Source: Desulfatiglandales bacterium (GTDB lineage Bacteria; Desulfobacterota; DSM-4660; Desulfatiglandales; Desulfatiglandaceae). Taken from it: a stretch of 64,000 nucleotides of DNA. Below the pieces are notes generated by a model. It was not told the DNA's origin. It worked only from the letters and a program-made list of their open reading frames with translations, and ran no database searches. The first letter of the stretch is position 1; the number at the start of each line of letters is the position of its first letter. Below are positions 29,279 through 39,432 of this stretch, piece by piece. The stretch lies in the NCBI GenBank assembly GCA_963662465.1, contig OY759599.1, positions 5,952,001 through 6,016,000 of the forward strand, given 5' to 3'. Made by a program: the position numbers and the translations under genes.

Positions 29279-30551
29279 TCCAATCTGAGCTATCCGATCC
29301 TGCGTTCTCTCGATATGAGCTGCCTCGATGCGCTCCATGACGCCCTGCAGAAATTTCCCCAACCTAACCTGGCTGACAAAGGGACCTGTGATTTCATCCT
29401 GCGCCATGTGTTTTATATGGCCCCTGAGATCCTCAATACCCCTTCCGAGCTGCTTCATGTCCTTTTGAAAAAGCATTATCAGCGATTGTTGATTCCCCGT
29501 TGTCTGGAGGAGCGATTCATTGAAGTCTTGTCTTTGAATGGAGACTTTCAGGATTGGCCATTGGAAGACATCATCCCGAACCGGGATCTGTTTTTCTCTT
29601 TCCTCCAGGAACGGTGGCCGGTCTATCTGGAGAGCCTCCAAATTCCGGAAGCCGAACGGATCAAAATGCCGATGGAAGCCTATGGTTTGCGTTTAGGAGG
29701 ACCCGCGCATCTTCCCTTCGGCCATGACGACATCCGCATCTATATGGACAATCTGTTCCTGGAAGGGATGCTGAAACCGGTGGAACTCTCAGGGGCTGAA
29801 AAACCGGCACAGCAATGGGTTTCGGTGGGAATCGTCATCAACGAAGCGCAGCGGAAAAGGGAGCAGGCGCAAAAGTTGGTCCGTTTGGTGGAAGCATCCG
29901 TCCCGAACGAGGAATCTTTCCACCAGGAATGGGTTTCATTTTCGCTGAAGTGGGCCAGCCTCGAAACGGCAATAGCAGCAGCCGACAATGCTGTCATAGA
30001 GAAGTTTTCAGAGGATGTAGCCCATTTGCAGACAACCGTGGACAAGACGTTTTCGGCCTGGCTTTTCAACCGATACGCAGGTCTTTACAATCAGCCGCCC
30101 AATCCGCCGGTGATGCTCCACCATATCCCCGGGTTTCTGTCCAATCAGCTGAATCAAACACCTCAAAAGCGCATTGCCTTTATTCTCATCGACGGGTTGT
30201 CCTTGGGACAGTGGTTTGTGCTGAAAGATGTGCTTAGGTGCAGGATTCGTGATATCCAGTTTAATGAGAATGGCGTATTTGCCTGGATCCCGACCATTAC
30301 AACGCTTTCAAGGCAGGCCGCTTTTTCAGGGAAAATCCCTATGTATTTGAGCAACAGCATCCATACTACGGACAAGGAATCGAAGCTGTGGGAACAGTTC
30401 TGGCTGAATCACGGTTTAATAACAAATCAGACAGGTTTTCTGAAAAATCTGGGAGCCGATGCATCATTTGTGCGGATTGAAGAACTCATGGACAGACCGC
30501 ATATAAGAGTCGCCGGCTTGGTGATTAATACAGTGGACAACATTATGCACG
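29279..30551 (+). pseudogene. pglZ: PglZ, middle fragment; C-terminus lost
   Basis: FLQERWP, DNLFLEG, ILIDGLS..QW, FAWIPTITTLSRQA, VDNIMHG, then an IS end. Confidence 0.88.
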
Positions 30552-32559
30552 GCGCATAAGTCTAAATGTTGTGGGGTTGTATAACCCATCAAAATTAAAA
30601 GGCGTTTTCGGTAAACAAGAATGCATTATGAACATTCATAACTTGAATCCAAGGTAAGTCAAATGTTTGGCCGTTGGCTAATTCAAAGGGACTTTTATGA
30701 GCATTTTTTGCGCCAGGTAAAAATGGGACAAAATTCCTGATAGTCGCATGTGCTCGAAAGAAAAGACTTGCCCATTTCTTATCTCGAAAACTCTCAATTT
30801 GTTTTAGTTTACGTTTGATTCCTTTTAAATAATTGTCAACAATGGAGGTTGTTTGTTTTATCCCATTTCTATTTTTATGAGAGGTATAATGAGTGGCATT
30901 TTCTTTTAATTCTACTACCCTCTTTTTTAGTAATGGATGAGAAAATGCATCGTCATCTAATGCCTTAATCTTTACTTCCAAGTTAACTTTAGATGTGGAT
31001 GTTTTCAAAACTTTCTTAAATTTTTTATAAAGCTTGTCCACTTCTTGGTCGGTACATTTTGATTCTTTTTGATATTTTGATAGTGCATCGTAGAAGTTTT
31101 TCAAACAATGACGATGGCAATATCCGACCCAAATGTTATGGAATACGGTCTTGATAGCATTGGTTGAGGCTTTCCACTTATCTTTTGTTACACCAAGGAT
31201 TTTGAAGTCGATTTTTTGCAAAAAATCCTCAAATGAACCGCACAGGTTTTCTTCATCAACATGATCAACATAATCGGAGTGCCATACTAATAAATTTTCA
31301 GGATCGACCATAACTACAGAATAAGTTCTTAAATTTGGTTCTTTTTCAAAGCCCTCATCTTCCTGTAGATATCCTGAGCCTTTCACTCCTGCTCTTGTTA
31401 GTATTGTTGCAGGATGAAGTGTTCCTGCCCATCGATTCCAGTTCAAGATGGTTTGTTTGCTTTTGACACTTTTTTTGCCAATAATTTTAAGGCTTTCGAT
31501 GGCTCCTTGAATGCTCGCATTAAAACGGTACATATTCCGAAATACGTGCCCAATAATCTCTATACCAAAATTCTTTTCCCTTGGGAGAAAGCTGGGAACA
31601 AGAGAGAACTTTTGTTTGCACTTCCGGCATTGTATCATGCGGATTGGGAATGTCTGTTGTTCTCCTCCATTCATTATTGTTTTTCGAGGATTCCCGCGGA
31701 AACCAGATAAAATATATTCTTTAGGTCCAGAACATGTTGAATTATGGCCTGTGTGGTGATCATATTTATCGAGTTTATCTAATACTTCAATGCGAAACTT
31801 CTTACTATCTTTTACGAGAGCATGATAGCTTTCGGTGTTATTATAAGGAAAGATATATGTTTGATTTCCTCGTTTAGAAACAAGGTCTTCCATTTTCTTT
31901 TTTACATTTTCGATTATGGATTTATCAAAAGATTTTAACATCCCTATCTCAAATGCAATACTTATTGTACTATCACGACTTTTTACATTATTCAATTTTT
32001 TAGTAATATTACTTATCATTGAACGAATTGAATAAAAGATTCTAATTTTCTGTCGATCCCGTTGTGTTTTTGGAATGCTTTTTTTCCCTTTTATTGGCTT
32101 ACAAATATCCCATAATTGACTTATTAACCTACCAAGTTCATCAATAAGAGCAGACAATGTTACATAAAAATATTGCAATGATTGAAACATCTCCCTTTCA
32201 TTGATCCATGATCTGATGGCATTAATGCATTTCTCAATTTCAAAGAAAATCTCAGGATACTGTTTTGGATCGTAATAACATTGTCTTGCAAGTCTGTTTT
32301 GAGCTTTGTCCAACATTGTCAAAGCTCTCTTAATATTATTAATCATGTGCAACCTCTCTAATTTAACATAGACTGTTGCACTATGATTATGCACACTTAT
32401 CAAAAAAAGTCCCTAACTTTTTTCCGCTAAGGCGAATTCAGGAAAAAATGTTTGGCCTCACGAAATGCGCTTTGATTAGGATATTGATTCGGAACCGTTT
32501 AACAGATGAAATAATTTCAATATGTTAGAGTAAACCCCACAACATTTAGACTTATGCGC
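30552..32559 (-). mobile_element. AT-rich insertion sequence (Mutator-like; IS256/ISH6-related)
   Basis: Perfect 27-bp IR gcgcataagtctaaatgttgtggggtt at 30552-30578 and 32533-32559; no target duplication. Confidence 0.88.
30595..32346 (-). CDS. Transposase
   Basis: Only long ORF between the IRs; CRKC, QEDE, TKD, CHRH (CxxH) and TTSIVD. Confidence 0.8.
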   Translation of the reverse strand: MINNIKRALTMLDKAQNRLARQCYYDPKQYPEIFFEIEKCINAIRSWINEREMFQSLQYFYVTLSALIDELGRLISQLWDICKPIKGKKSIPKTQRDRQKIRIFYSIRSMISNITKKLNNVKSRDSTISIAFEIGMLKSFDKSIIENVKKKMEDLVSKRGNQTYIFPYNNTESYHALVKDSKKFRIEVLDKLDKYDHHTGHNSTCSGPKEYILSGFRGNPRKTIMNGGEQQTFPIRMIQCRKCKQKFSLVPSFLPREKNFGIEIIGHVFRNMYRFNASIQGAIESLKIIGKKSVKSKQTILNWNRWAGTLHPATILTRAGVKGSGYLQEDEGFEKEPNLRTYSVVMVDPENLLVWHSDYVDHVDEENLCGSFEDFLQKIDFKILGVTKDKWKASTNAIKTVFHNIWVGYCHRHCLKNFYDALSKYQKESKCTDQEVDKLYKKFKKVLKTSTSKVNLEVKIKALDDDAFSHPLLKKRVVELKENATHYTSHKNRNGIKQTTSIVDNYLKGIKRKLKQIESFRDKKWASLFFRAHATIRNFVPFLPGAKNAHKSPFELANGQTFDLPWIQVMNVHNAFLFTENAF

Positions 32560-32800
32560 TCTTTACATTGTGGGTAAGAAAAACCGCGGTTCAGATGAAT
32601 CTCGAAAAAGAATTCAAAAAAAATCCTGCGGGGAACAGCATGGGCACGCCGAGACTTTCACGCATTTCGCATGGCATGGGAAGAGGCACGGCTGCCCGGA
32701 GAGAACGTGGCTGTTTGCCCCATTCGGTTGAGGGAGTTCCTCTCCCCGGAGGCGGTTGTGGATGGTGCCGTCAACCAGCGCCTGGCAGAAGCACTTCCTG

Positions 32801-33023
32801 ATTAACACGATTTATGAGGAAGGCGAGTTGTCGCCGGAGGCAACTGTCAAAAAATATTTGACAGTTCGCCAGGAGGGGAATCGTATGGAGGTCGTCATTG
32901 AAACTCAAGTTTAAAAAACAGGCCTATCAGACACGCGCCGTTGAAGTGACAAAAAACATGGCGGAAGGCATTGAATTTCACCTTACGGCGATCAAGGATG
33001 TCTTATTCGTACGCTTATCATGA
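32801..33023 (+). pseudogene. Mosaic of gene scraps: RhuM-like, type III Res N-terminus-like and HicB-like
   Basis: IYEEGELSPEATVKKYLTVRQEGNR; TTG-start MKLKFKKQAYQTRAVE running into KNMAEGIEFHL. Confidence 0.55.
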
Positions 33024-33045
33024 AAATACATCTCAAGAGGCTCCA

Positions 33046-33098
33046 CTGTGAGAGAGGCTTGCAGCCTCGACTATCGCGGCGAGACGCCGCTCCCACAG
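33046..33098. repeat. Degenerate REP doublet
   Basis: ctgtgagagaggc...gcctcga-cta-tcgcggc...gccgctcccacag. Confidence 0.5.
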
Positions 33099-33206
33099 CG
33101 CCATTTTCATCTACGGAGGTGACAAACCCCCTTGTCATGAGCGTTTGCCATAAAAATCTTCTGGGGAAAAAACAAACTTTTCCAATCCCACGTAAGGTCG
33201 CGAGCC

Positions 33207-33239
33207 AAAAAAAATGCCGGATTGGGGAAATCCGGCATT
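33207..33239 (-). terminator. Terminator downstream of tRNA-Pro
   Basis: aatgccggatt / aatccggcatt hairpin with a T run on the minus strand. Confidence 0.7.
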
Positions 33240-33260
33240 ATGGTAACTCATTGATTTTTA

Positions 33261-33337
33261 TGGTCGGGACGCGGAGATTTGAACTCCGGACCCCCTGAAC
33301 CCCATTCAGGTGCGCTACCAGACTGCGCTACGTCCCG
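33261..33337 (-). tRNA. tRNA-Pro(GGG)
   Basis: CGGGACG acceptor stem, anticodon arm cctga-atggggt-tcagg, GTTCAAATC T-loop, encoded CCA; 77 nt. Confidence 0.97.
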
Positions 33338-33417
33338 ATAAAACGTGATTATCATATTTCCTTTCTATTTTGTCAAGAAATAAATTCATTGAATCATTCG
33401 ACATCGCCAAATTCTTG

Positions 33418-34116
33418 TCAGGGCTTGGGTTTCAGCCAGAGCCGAAATAGATTTCCGAACTTATAGATTCCCTCATGGACCAGGTTGAACCGGCTTTCCC
33501 TCATGTCCGTACAGGTTACGGGAATCTCTTGAAGCCTGTGTCCGTCCTGAAAGGCCCTGGCTGCAATGGCAACCACATAGAAGGTATCATTGTCGATATG
33601 GTGAAAGTATCTCTTGAGCAGATTCTTTCGATATCCCTTTGCCGCAATGGAATAATCATGAAAATCAATTCGAAGCAACCGTCTCGCCAGGCGAATAAAG
33701 AGATTGCTGGCCATTTTTCGGGACCAGGACCGCTGTTGTTCTCCCGTGATTTTGCTGCCGATGACCATATCCGAATGATCCAGCAGCCGGTAAGCCGCGG
33801 GAATAAAATCAAGACTGATGGAAAGGTCCATGTCCACGGTGATAATCCGGTCATAGGCGGCCATCCTGATCCCTTCCCTGAAGGCTCGTCCTACCCCCCT
33901 TGACGCCAGGTGAAAAAAACGTACCGAATCATACCGTCTGCTCAGTTCCTCCAGCAGATTCACGGTGCTGTCATTGGACCCGTTGCTGCCGATGATCACC
34001 TCATAAGGCAGGTCCAGGGAATCCAGGAAAGCCAGCAAATGCACGGTATTTTTCATCAGCAGGTCTTGCTCGTTGTACACGGGGATAAAAATGGTAACGC
34101 CTGATTTTGATATCAT
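33418..34116 (-). CDS. Glycosyltransferase family 2 (polyprenyl-phosphate sugar synthase-like)
   Basis: IFIPVYNE, NGSNDST, VDMDLS. Confidence 0.88.
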   Translation of the reverse strand: MISKSGVTIFIPVYNEQDLLMKNTVHLLAFLDSLDLPYEVIIGSNGSNDSTVNLLEELSRRYDSVRFFHLASRGVGRAFREGIRMAAYDRIITVDMDLSISLDFIPAAYRLLDHSDMVIGSKITGEQQRSWSRKMASNLFIRLARRLLRIDFHDYSIAAKGYRKNLLKRYFHHIDNDTFYVVAIAARAFQDGHRLQEIPVTCTDMRESRFNLVHEGIYKFGNLFRLWLKPKP

Positions 34117-36764
34117 GGCCGGGCCATCTCCTGTAACCGGTCCTTTGAATACTTCGCCCAGGCGCTGTCCGGGAACTGATCGATGGCTTTTCGGAACTGA
34201 ACACGAGCTTCTTCTATATCACCCTGGTTCAGGCAGCACAACCCCATGTGGTAGAGAACCTCCGAAGCCCGACCCGTCTCCGGATAGGTCTCCAAAAGCC
34301 ATTTGAGCCAGTGGCGGGTTTGTTGCCAGTTCTTTTCCCGATAATAGCACATGGCATAGTGGTATGCCGCCTGGTCCACGATGAGGGTTTGGGGAAATTC
34401 CGCCATCACCTGCTGAAAATAACCCCTGGCCCCATCATAATCCTCTTTGGTAAACGCCTGGATGCCCTGGTTATAGGGAAGTACCGGGAACCTTGGCGAC
34501 AATCGGACCAGGAAATAAACCGCCGAAACGGCTGCCAGTCCCAGCCCCAGACAGATTGTTTTATAGGCATATCGGTCGAACCCCTTCGAAAATCGGTTTC
34601 GGATGACGCCAATCCAGGGGTACAGAACCAGAAACAGGATGCCCAGGATGGAGAGACCCACTCCCAGATCGTCCGGCCGGCTTCGTCCATAGTAAAGCCG
34701 CACTCTGCTGTTTTGAGGATAGACCAGCATAAATGCCGGGGATGCCAGGTAGACCTGGTCCGCGCCTTCCACTTTCCAATTGGGGTGATAGGATACCTTG
34801 ATCAACAGGGGTTTCCCGGGTGAGGCATTCTCAATGATAATTTCCTCTTCTCCAATTACCTCTCGGATGGCATCGACCTGACCCGCCGGCATTTTTGGAA
34901 ACAGAGGCGTCTTGGGAAGCGTTCTCACATCAGGATCCGCTAAGACATGAAACCGGGTATGGTCTTCCGGATCAACCGTGTCCTTGAAAACCAGTGGTAC
35001 GGAAAGATCCCCCATGCGAAACCACTGGTAGGATAATTTGCGCCAGTCTTTTGTTGAGACCATTACGGGTCGTTGTAACACCGGTTCCACATATTTGCCG
35101 GAATTGCCCATCACCCGGTGAACTTCGTAAGGCCCGGACCGGAAGGCAAAATCAAACAGGGGGGATTTTGTAGCTGTCCTGATGGTCTCGGGTTCCACGA
35201 GGATGACCTCGCCCACGTTGAAGAGCTTCAAATGCTCATGGGCCTTTTTCAAGTTAAAGCGTGAATAGTTGTAATCGGGAATGGGGGTGGAAGGTTGTTG
35301 AGAAATCTCCGATTGCAGATAAAAGATAAAGGGAACCGAGAGACTGCCCTGGATATAGACCCCTTCCAGGGTGGACCTGCCTGAAAAAAGCGGCAGGTTT
35401 TCAAAGGCTCTCACCGTGCCCGCCCCCTGGTGGCGCATGGAATGTTCATAAACGACCCGGGGATCTTTCTTATCCCCCTTCAAAAAGCGGTTGATGGCGT
35501 TAAAAGGCTTCCACAGTGGTTTGGCTTCAAAACCGGCGTAGTTGGATCGCGCCCAGTTTCTGGAAATGGTTTCCCGACCATCCACCCACAAAAAGGTCAG
35601 AACCAGAACCACCAGGGCCACAAGAATCTTATAAGTGCTGGGAATTTTCAGGGTCCGGGGAATGGGAAATAGCGCCCATAAAATGGCGCCTGCAATGACC
35701 GGAAAAAATTGAAAAAAGGGAAGGAACCGGATATCCACAAGACCGATCCGGTACCCGATAAAGTACAGGGCCAGGCCGGAAAAGGCGATAAACCAAACAT
35801 AGGCCCAGGGTTTCGGCAGCACGCCCGGTCGGGCCCCATTGGGTGTGAAAAACATCCACACAGTGCCGGCGAGTGCGCAAACCATAAACGGATAAAGGAT
35901 AACCGGTAGAACCTCCCGCTGAATTTGATCCCAGCCAAAGAAAATCCACAAAATACTGAACCGGGTGGTATAGGGCAGAAAGGCCAGAAGCGGAATCAAC
36001 CAGAACCCCATGAGACAAAACGCCAGGGTGTGTATCAACAGCAAGCGTTTCAGGTTCTGTTTAAACCGCGTTCGGGTCATCAGAAAAAAAAGAGAAGCGA
36101 AAAGGACACAAAGAAGGGTGTAGCCGTGGCATAGACCCACCAGGGCCAGCACAATGGCACACATCTGAATACCGATATTTTCCGACATGGCCCGATACAA
36201 CAACCCCAGCCATAAAACTGCCAGGGAAAACCCGATGCTGTAACAAAATGTTCCGGCCAGAGTGCTGGGAATATTGCCCCCCCACATGGAATTTCCTTCC
36301 ATAAACAAAAACGGTAAAGCGAACAGGGCGCCCGTAATGGGAATGGGAAACGGCTGTTTAAGGAGCCGAAAGAAGAGATACGTACAGGAGGGAAGAAGGA
36401 AAATGCCCAAGACGGTTACCAGTTTAAAGGCAATCTGCAAGGGAATCACCCACGACAGCACTGACATGATTAAAAAGGGCAGCGGGAAATAGTTCTGGAG
36501 GATGGGAAAACCCGCCAGGCTTCCCTGGCACCATCCTGAAATTTTGCCTTTCGGAAGAAGACTGTCCTTGAGATACTGGGCCGTGTAATAATGGGAGCCG
36601 GTATCCCCACCGGTGGTGATGGTTTTTGAAAAAAGAAATGCCGGCTCAAAATAGCAGAGAAGAAACGCAAAAACAGCGCCCATCATCAGCAGATCAACAA
36701 CAATGGTTTTGCTGGCGCTGTTTTCTTTTTTGATGATAATTTCCATTATTTCAAACCCATCCAC
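34113..36764 (-). CDS. Polytopic GT-C-like membrane protein (PTPS-related/YfhO-like) with C-terminal TPRs
   Basis: GGDTGSH, GFPILQNYFPL, many TM helices, SYHPNWKV, TPR tail; start codon uncertain. Confidence 0.75.
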   Translation of the reverse strand: MDGFEIMEIIIKKENSASKTIVVDLLMMGAVFAFLLCYFEPAFLFSKTITTGGDTGSHYYTAQYLKDSLLPKGKISGWCQGSLAGFPILQNYFPLPFLIMSVLSWVIPLQIAFKLVTVLGIFLLPSCTYLFFRLLKQPFPIPITGALFALPFLFMEGNSMWGGNIPSTLAGTFCYSIGFSLAVLWLGLLYRAMSENIGIQMCAIVLALVGLCHGYTLLCVLFASLFFLMTRTRFKQNLKRLLLIHTLAFCLMGFWLIPLLAFLPYTTRFSILWIFFGWDQIQREVLPVILYPFMVCALAGTVWMFFTPNGARPGVLPKPWAYVWFIAFSGLALYFIGYRIGLVDIRFLPFFQFFPVIAGAILWALFPIPRTLKIPSTYKILVALVVLVLTFLWVDGRETISRNWARSNYAGFEAKPLWKPFNAINRFLKGDKKDPRVVYEHSMRHQGAGTVRAFENLPLFSGRSTLEGVYIQGSLSVPFIFYLQSEISQQPSTPIPDYNYSRFNLKKAHEHLKLFNVGEVILVEPETIRTATKSPLFDFAFRSGPYEVHRVMGNSGKYVEPVLQRPVMVSTKDWRKLSYQWFRMGDLSVPLVFKDTVDPEDHTRFHVLADPDVRTLPKTPLFPKMPAGQVDAIREVIGEEEIIIENASPGKPLLIKVSYHPNWKVEGADQVYLASPAFMLVYPQNSRVRLYYGRSRPDDLGVGLSILGILFLVLYPWIGVIRNRFSKGFDRYAYKTICLGLGLAAVSAVYFLVRLSPRFPVLPYNQGIQAFTKEDYDGARGYFQQVMAEFPQTLIVDQAAYHYAMCYYREKNWQQTRHWLKWLLETYPETGRASEVLYHMGLCCLNQGDIEEARVQFRKAIDQFPDSAWAKYSKDRLQEMARP

Positions 36765-36992
36765 AAGGTCTCGGCACTGACAGTGAAAGTGAACGAACAG
36801 ACGCTCCGCCAGAGCGTAAGCGGCAAAAGCCTATCTATGCATGCCGCCCATGTCAATAAAAAGGATTGAGATGTTGAAAATGAGAATGGCGGGTGGCAAA
36901 AAAAGAGGTTGCGGCAAACCCTCAAAAATAGCTAAACTGATAAGTTGTATCCAAAACCGATCCTCATTTCGCGATAATCGCTGGAGAAACAT

Positions 36993-37160
36993 ATGAAAGC
37001 CGATATTTTTTTTATCAATGGGCAAGTGGTCAATGTTTACTCAGGAGAAATCCTGCCCCACAATGCGCCGGTTTCAGGTGAAAAAATTTGCTATGTGGGA
37101 CCCTCAAAAGCGTTGATGGGTCCCGGAACCCGGGTGAAGGATGAAAAGATAATTTTATAA
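36993..37160 (+). pseudogene. N-terminal remnant of an adenine deaminase-like amidohydrolase
   Basis: GGAG ribosome-binding site; MKADIFFINGQVVNVYSGEI...ICYVGP...GPGTRV then stop (55 aa). Confidence 0.6.
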
Positions 37161-37181
37161 TCAAATCAAGGAGTCCGACCA

Positions 37182-38012
37182 ATGGAAAACCAACCGTTAA
37201 ATGCGCAATCAGTCACCTATGACACAAAAGACCATATCGGAACCATTACCCTCAACCGGCCCGAAAAACGAAACGCCTTGAACCCCCATGTGTGGGAAGC
37301 CCTGGACCGGGCCATCGGCATGGCGGAAGCGGATCCCGACGCCAGGGTTGTCATGGTTCGGGGCAAGGGAAAATCCTTTTGCGCCGGGTTGGACTTGAGC
37401 CCGGAAAACGAACTCTTTTCCGCATTCAACAAACCGGCCGATGCCGCCCAAAAGGTATGGTTTTTTAAAGAAGTCAGCAAAGTTCAAAATATCCACACCC
37501 GACTGGAAAAGCTTTCAAAACCCACCATTGCGGTGATTCAAGGCCATTGCCTGGGAGCGGGGCTTGAATTGGCCCTGTGCTGCGACATCCGCATTTGTGA
37601 AAAGGGATCTTCCTTTGCCCTGCCCGAATCCAAACTGGGCATCATAACGGATGTGGGAGGCCTTCAGCGATTGCCGGAGGTTGTGGGAAAGGGGCACGCC
37701 AGGGAAATTGCATTTCGAGGAAACCGGTTCGACGGTTACAAGGCCCAACGTATTCAGTTGGTGAACGATGCTTATGATAACCCCGAGATCCTAGACCAAA
37801 AGGCCATGGAAATGGCGGTGGAAATCGCCGGCAATCCACCTTTGGCCGTCCAGGGGACCAAAGAGGTCATGTGTTTTGATGAGGAAGCAAGTCTTTTAGA
37901 ATCCCTTCATTACAATGCGGCCCGCTCCAGCATGATCATTCCATCGCAGGATCTCTTTGAAGCAATTTCAGCTTATATGCAGAAACGTAAAGGCAACTTC
38001 AAAGGCGCCTGA
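37182..38012 (+). CDS. Enoyl-CoA hydratase/isomerase
   Basis: LNRPEKRNAL, FCAGLDL, GAGLELALCCDIR, LPESKLG. Confidence 0.93.
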   Translation: MENQPLNAQSVTYDTKDHIGTITLNRPEKRNALNPHVWEALDRAIGMAEADPDARVVMVRGKGKSFCAGLDLSPENELFSAFNKPADAAQKVWFFKEVSKVQNIHTRLEKLSKPTIAVIQGHCLGAGLELALCCDIRICEKGSSFALPESKLGIITDVGGLQRLPEVVGKGHAREIAFRGNRFDGYKAQRIQLVNDAYDNPEILDQKAMEMAVEIAGNPPLAVQGTKEVMCFDEEASLLESLHYNAARSSMIIPSQDLFEAISAYMQKRKGNFKGA

Positions 38013-38115
38013 TCAGAATTTTCATTTTGATTTTTTTATCGTCTTTTCCTATAAGGGTTAGGATTTTTATAGCCGCCCGTTGACGTCAAATTTGTTTTTT
38101 TTAAGCGAGGATCAT

Positions 38116-39432
38116 ATGAAGCAGATTAATGTTGGGATCATTGGATTTGGGACCGTGGGTGCGGGAACGTTTGAGGTGCTGACCACCAACCGGGAGATTA
38201 TCACAAACCGGGTAGGCGCCCAGGTGGTGGTTCGAAAAATCGCGGATCTCGATATCGAGACGGATCGGGGAATTCCTGAAAAACCAGGTAAGCATATTTT
38301 AACCACCGATGCCATGGACATTCTTCTTGACCCCGAAATCCATATCGTTGTCGAACTGATGGGCGGCCTTGAAAAGGCCCGGGAGTTCATTCTAAAAGCC
38401 ATGGAACAAGGCAAGCATGTGGTCACAGCCAACAAAGCCCTGCTGGCGGAATTTGGTTCCGAAATCTATGGCGCGGCCGAACGTTATGGGGTCAGTCTCG
38501 CTTTTGAGGCCAGTGTGGGCGGGGGTATTCCCATCATCGGCGCTTTGAAAACCGGACTTTCCGGAAACCGGATTCAAACCTGTATGGGTATCCTGAATGG
38601 CACCTCAAACTATATCCTCACCAAAATGGCAAGAGAAAACCTTTCCTTTGAACGCGCCGTAAAGGAGGCCGTGGATTTGGGCTTTGCGGAAGATCCACCG
38701 ACCCTGGACATTGACGGCACCGATGCGGCCCACAAACTGGCCATTATGATCTCAATCGCCTTTGGCAGCGCCATCGATTTTGACCATGTATTTCGAGAGG
38801 GAATTACGGCCATAACGCCGGATGATATCCGGTTCGCCCGGGAATTCGGATACCATATCAAGCTCCTGGCCATTGCCAAAGACCTCGGCAATCAAGTGGA
38901 AGCCCGTGTCCACCCGGTGATGATTCCTAAAAATCATATCCTGGCCAATGTTCATGAGGCCTTTAACGCTATTTTCCTTGAAGGGGATTTTGTAGGCCCC
39001 ACCCTCTATTATGGCCTGGGGGCCGGCCGAAGACCCACCGGCAGCGCCGTGGTCTCAGACATCATATCCCTGGCCAGGGATATGGTTATGGAAAAGCAAG
39101 GCATGGTTCCACCCTTAGCCCATGTGAAACCGCCGGAAAAGGCCGTTGTGATTCAACCCATGGATGCGTTAGTGACGTCCTATTATTTCAGGGTTTCCGC
39201 CCTTGACACCCCTGGGGTTTTATCAAACATCTCAGGGATTCTAGCCCAAAACGGCATCAGCATATCCTCTGTCATTCAGAAGGGTCGGGACGAAAAAGGT
39301 TCCGTTCCCATTGTCATGCTGACCCATGAAGCACGGGAAAGCCAGGCGCAAAAGGCGATCCAATTGATTGACAATCTCGATGTGGTAACCCATAAGACCG
39401 TGATTATTCGTGTGGAAGGAAACGACCGATGA
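38116..39432 (+). CDS. hom: Homoserine dehydrogenase (with ACT domain)
   Basis: GFGTVG, VTANKA, FEASVGGGIP, NGTSNYIL, DAAHK. Confidence 0.96.
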   Translation: MKQINVGIIGFGTVGAGTFEVLTTNREIITNRVGAQVVVRKIADLDIETDRGIPEKPGKHILTTDAMDILLDPEIHIVVELMGGLEKAREFILKAMEQGKHVVTANKALLAEFGSEIYGAAERYGVSLAFEASVGGGIPIIGALKTGLSGNRIQTCMGILNGTSNYILTKMARENLSFERAVKEAVDLGFAEDPPTLDIDGTDAAHKLAIMISIAFGSAIDFDHVFREGITAITPDDIRFAREFGYHIKLLAIAKDLGNQVEARVHPVMIPKNHILANVHEAFNAIFLEGDFVGPTLYYGLGAGRRPTGSAVVSDIISLARDMVMEKQGMVPPLAHVKPPEKAVVIQPMDALVTSYYFRVSALDTPGVLSNISGILAQNGISISSVIQKGRDEKGSVPIVMLTHEARESQAQKAIQLIDNLDVVTHKTVIIRVEGNDR

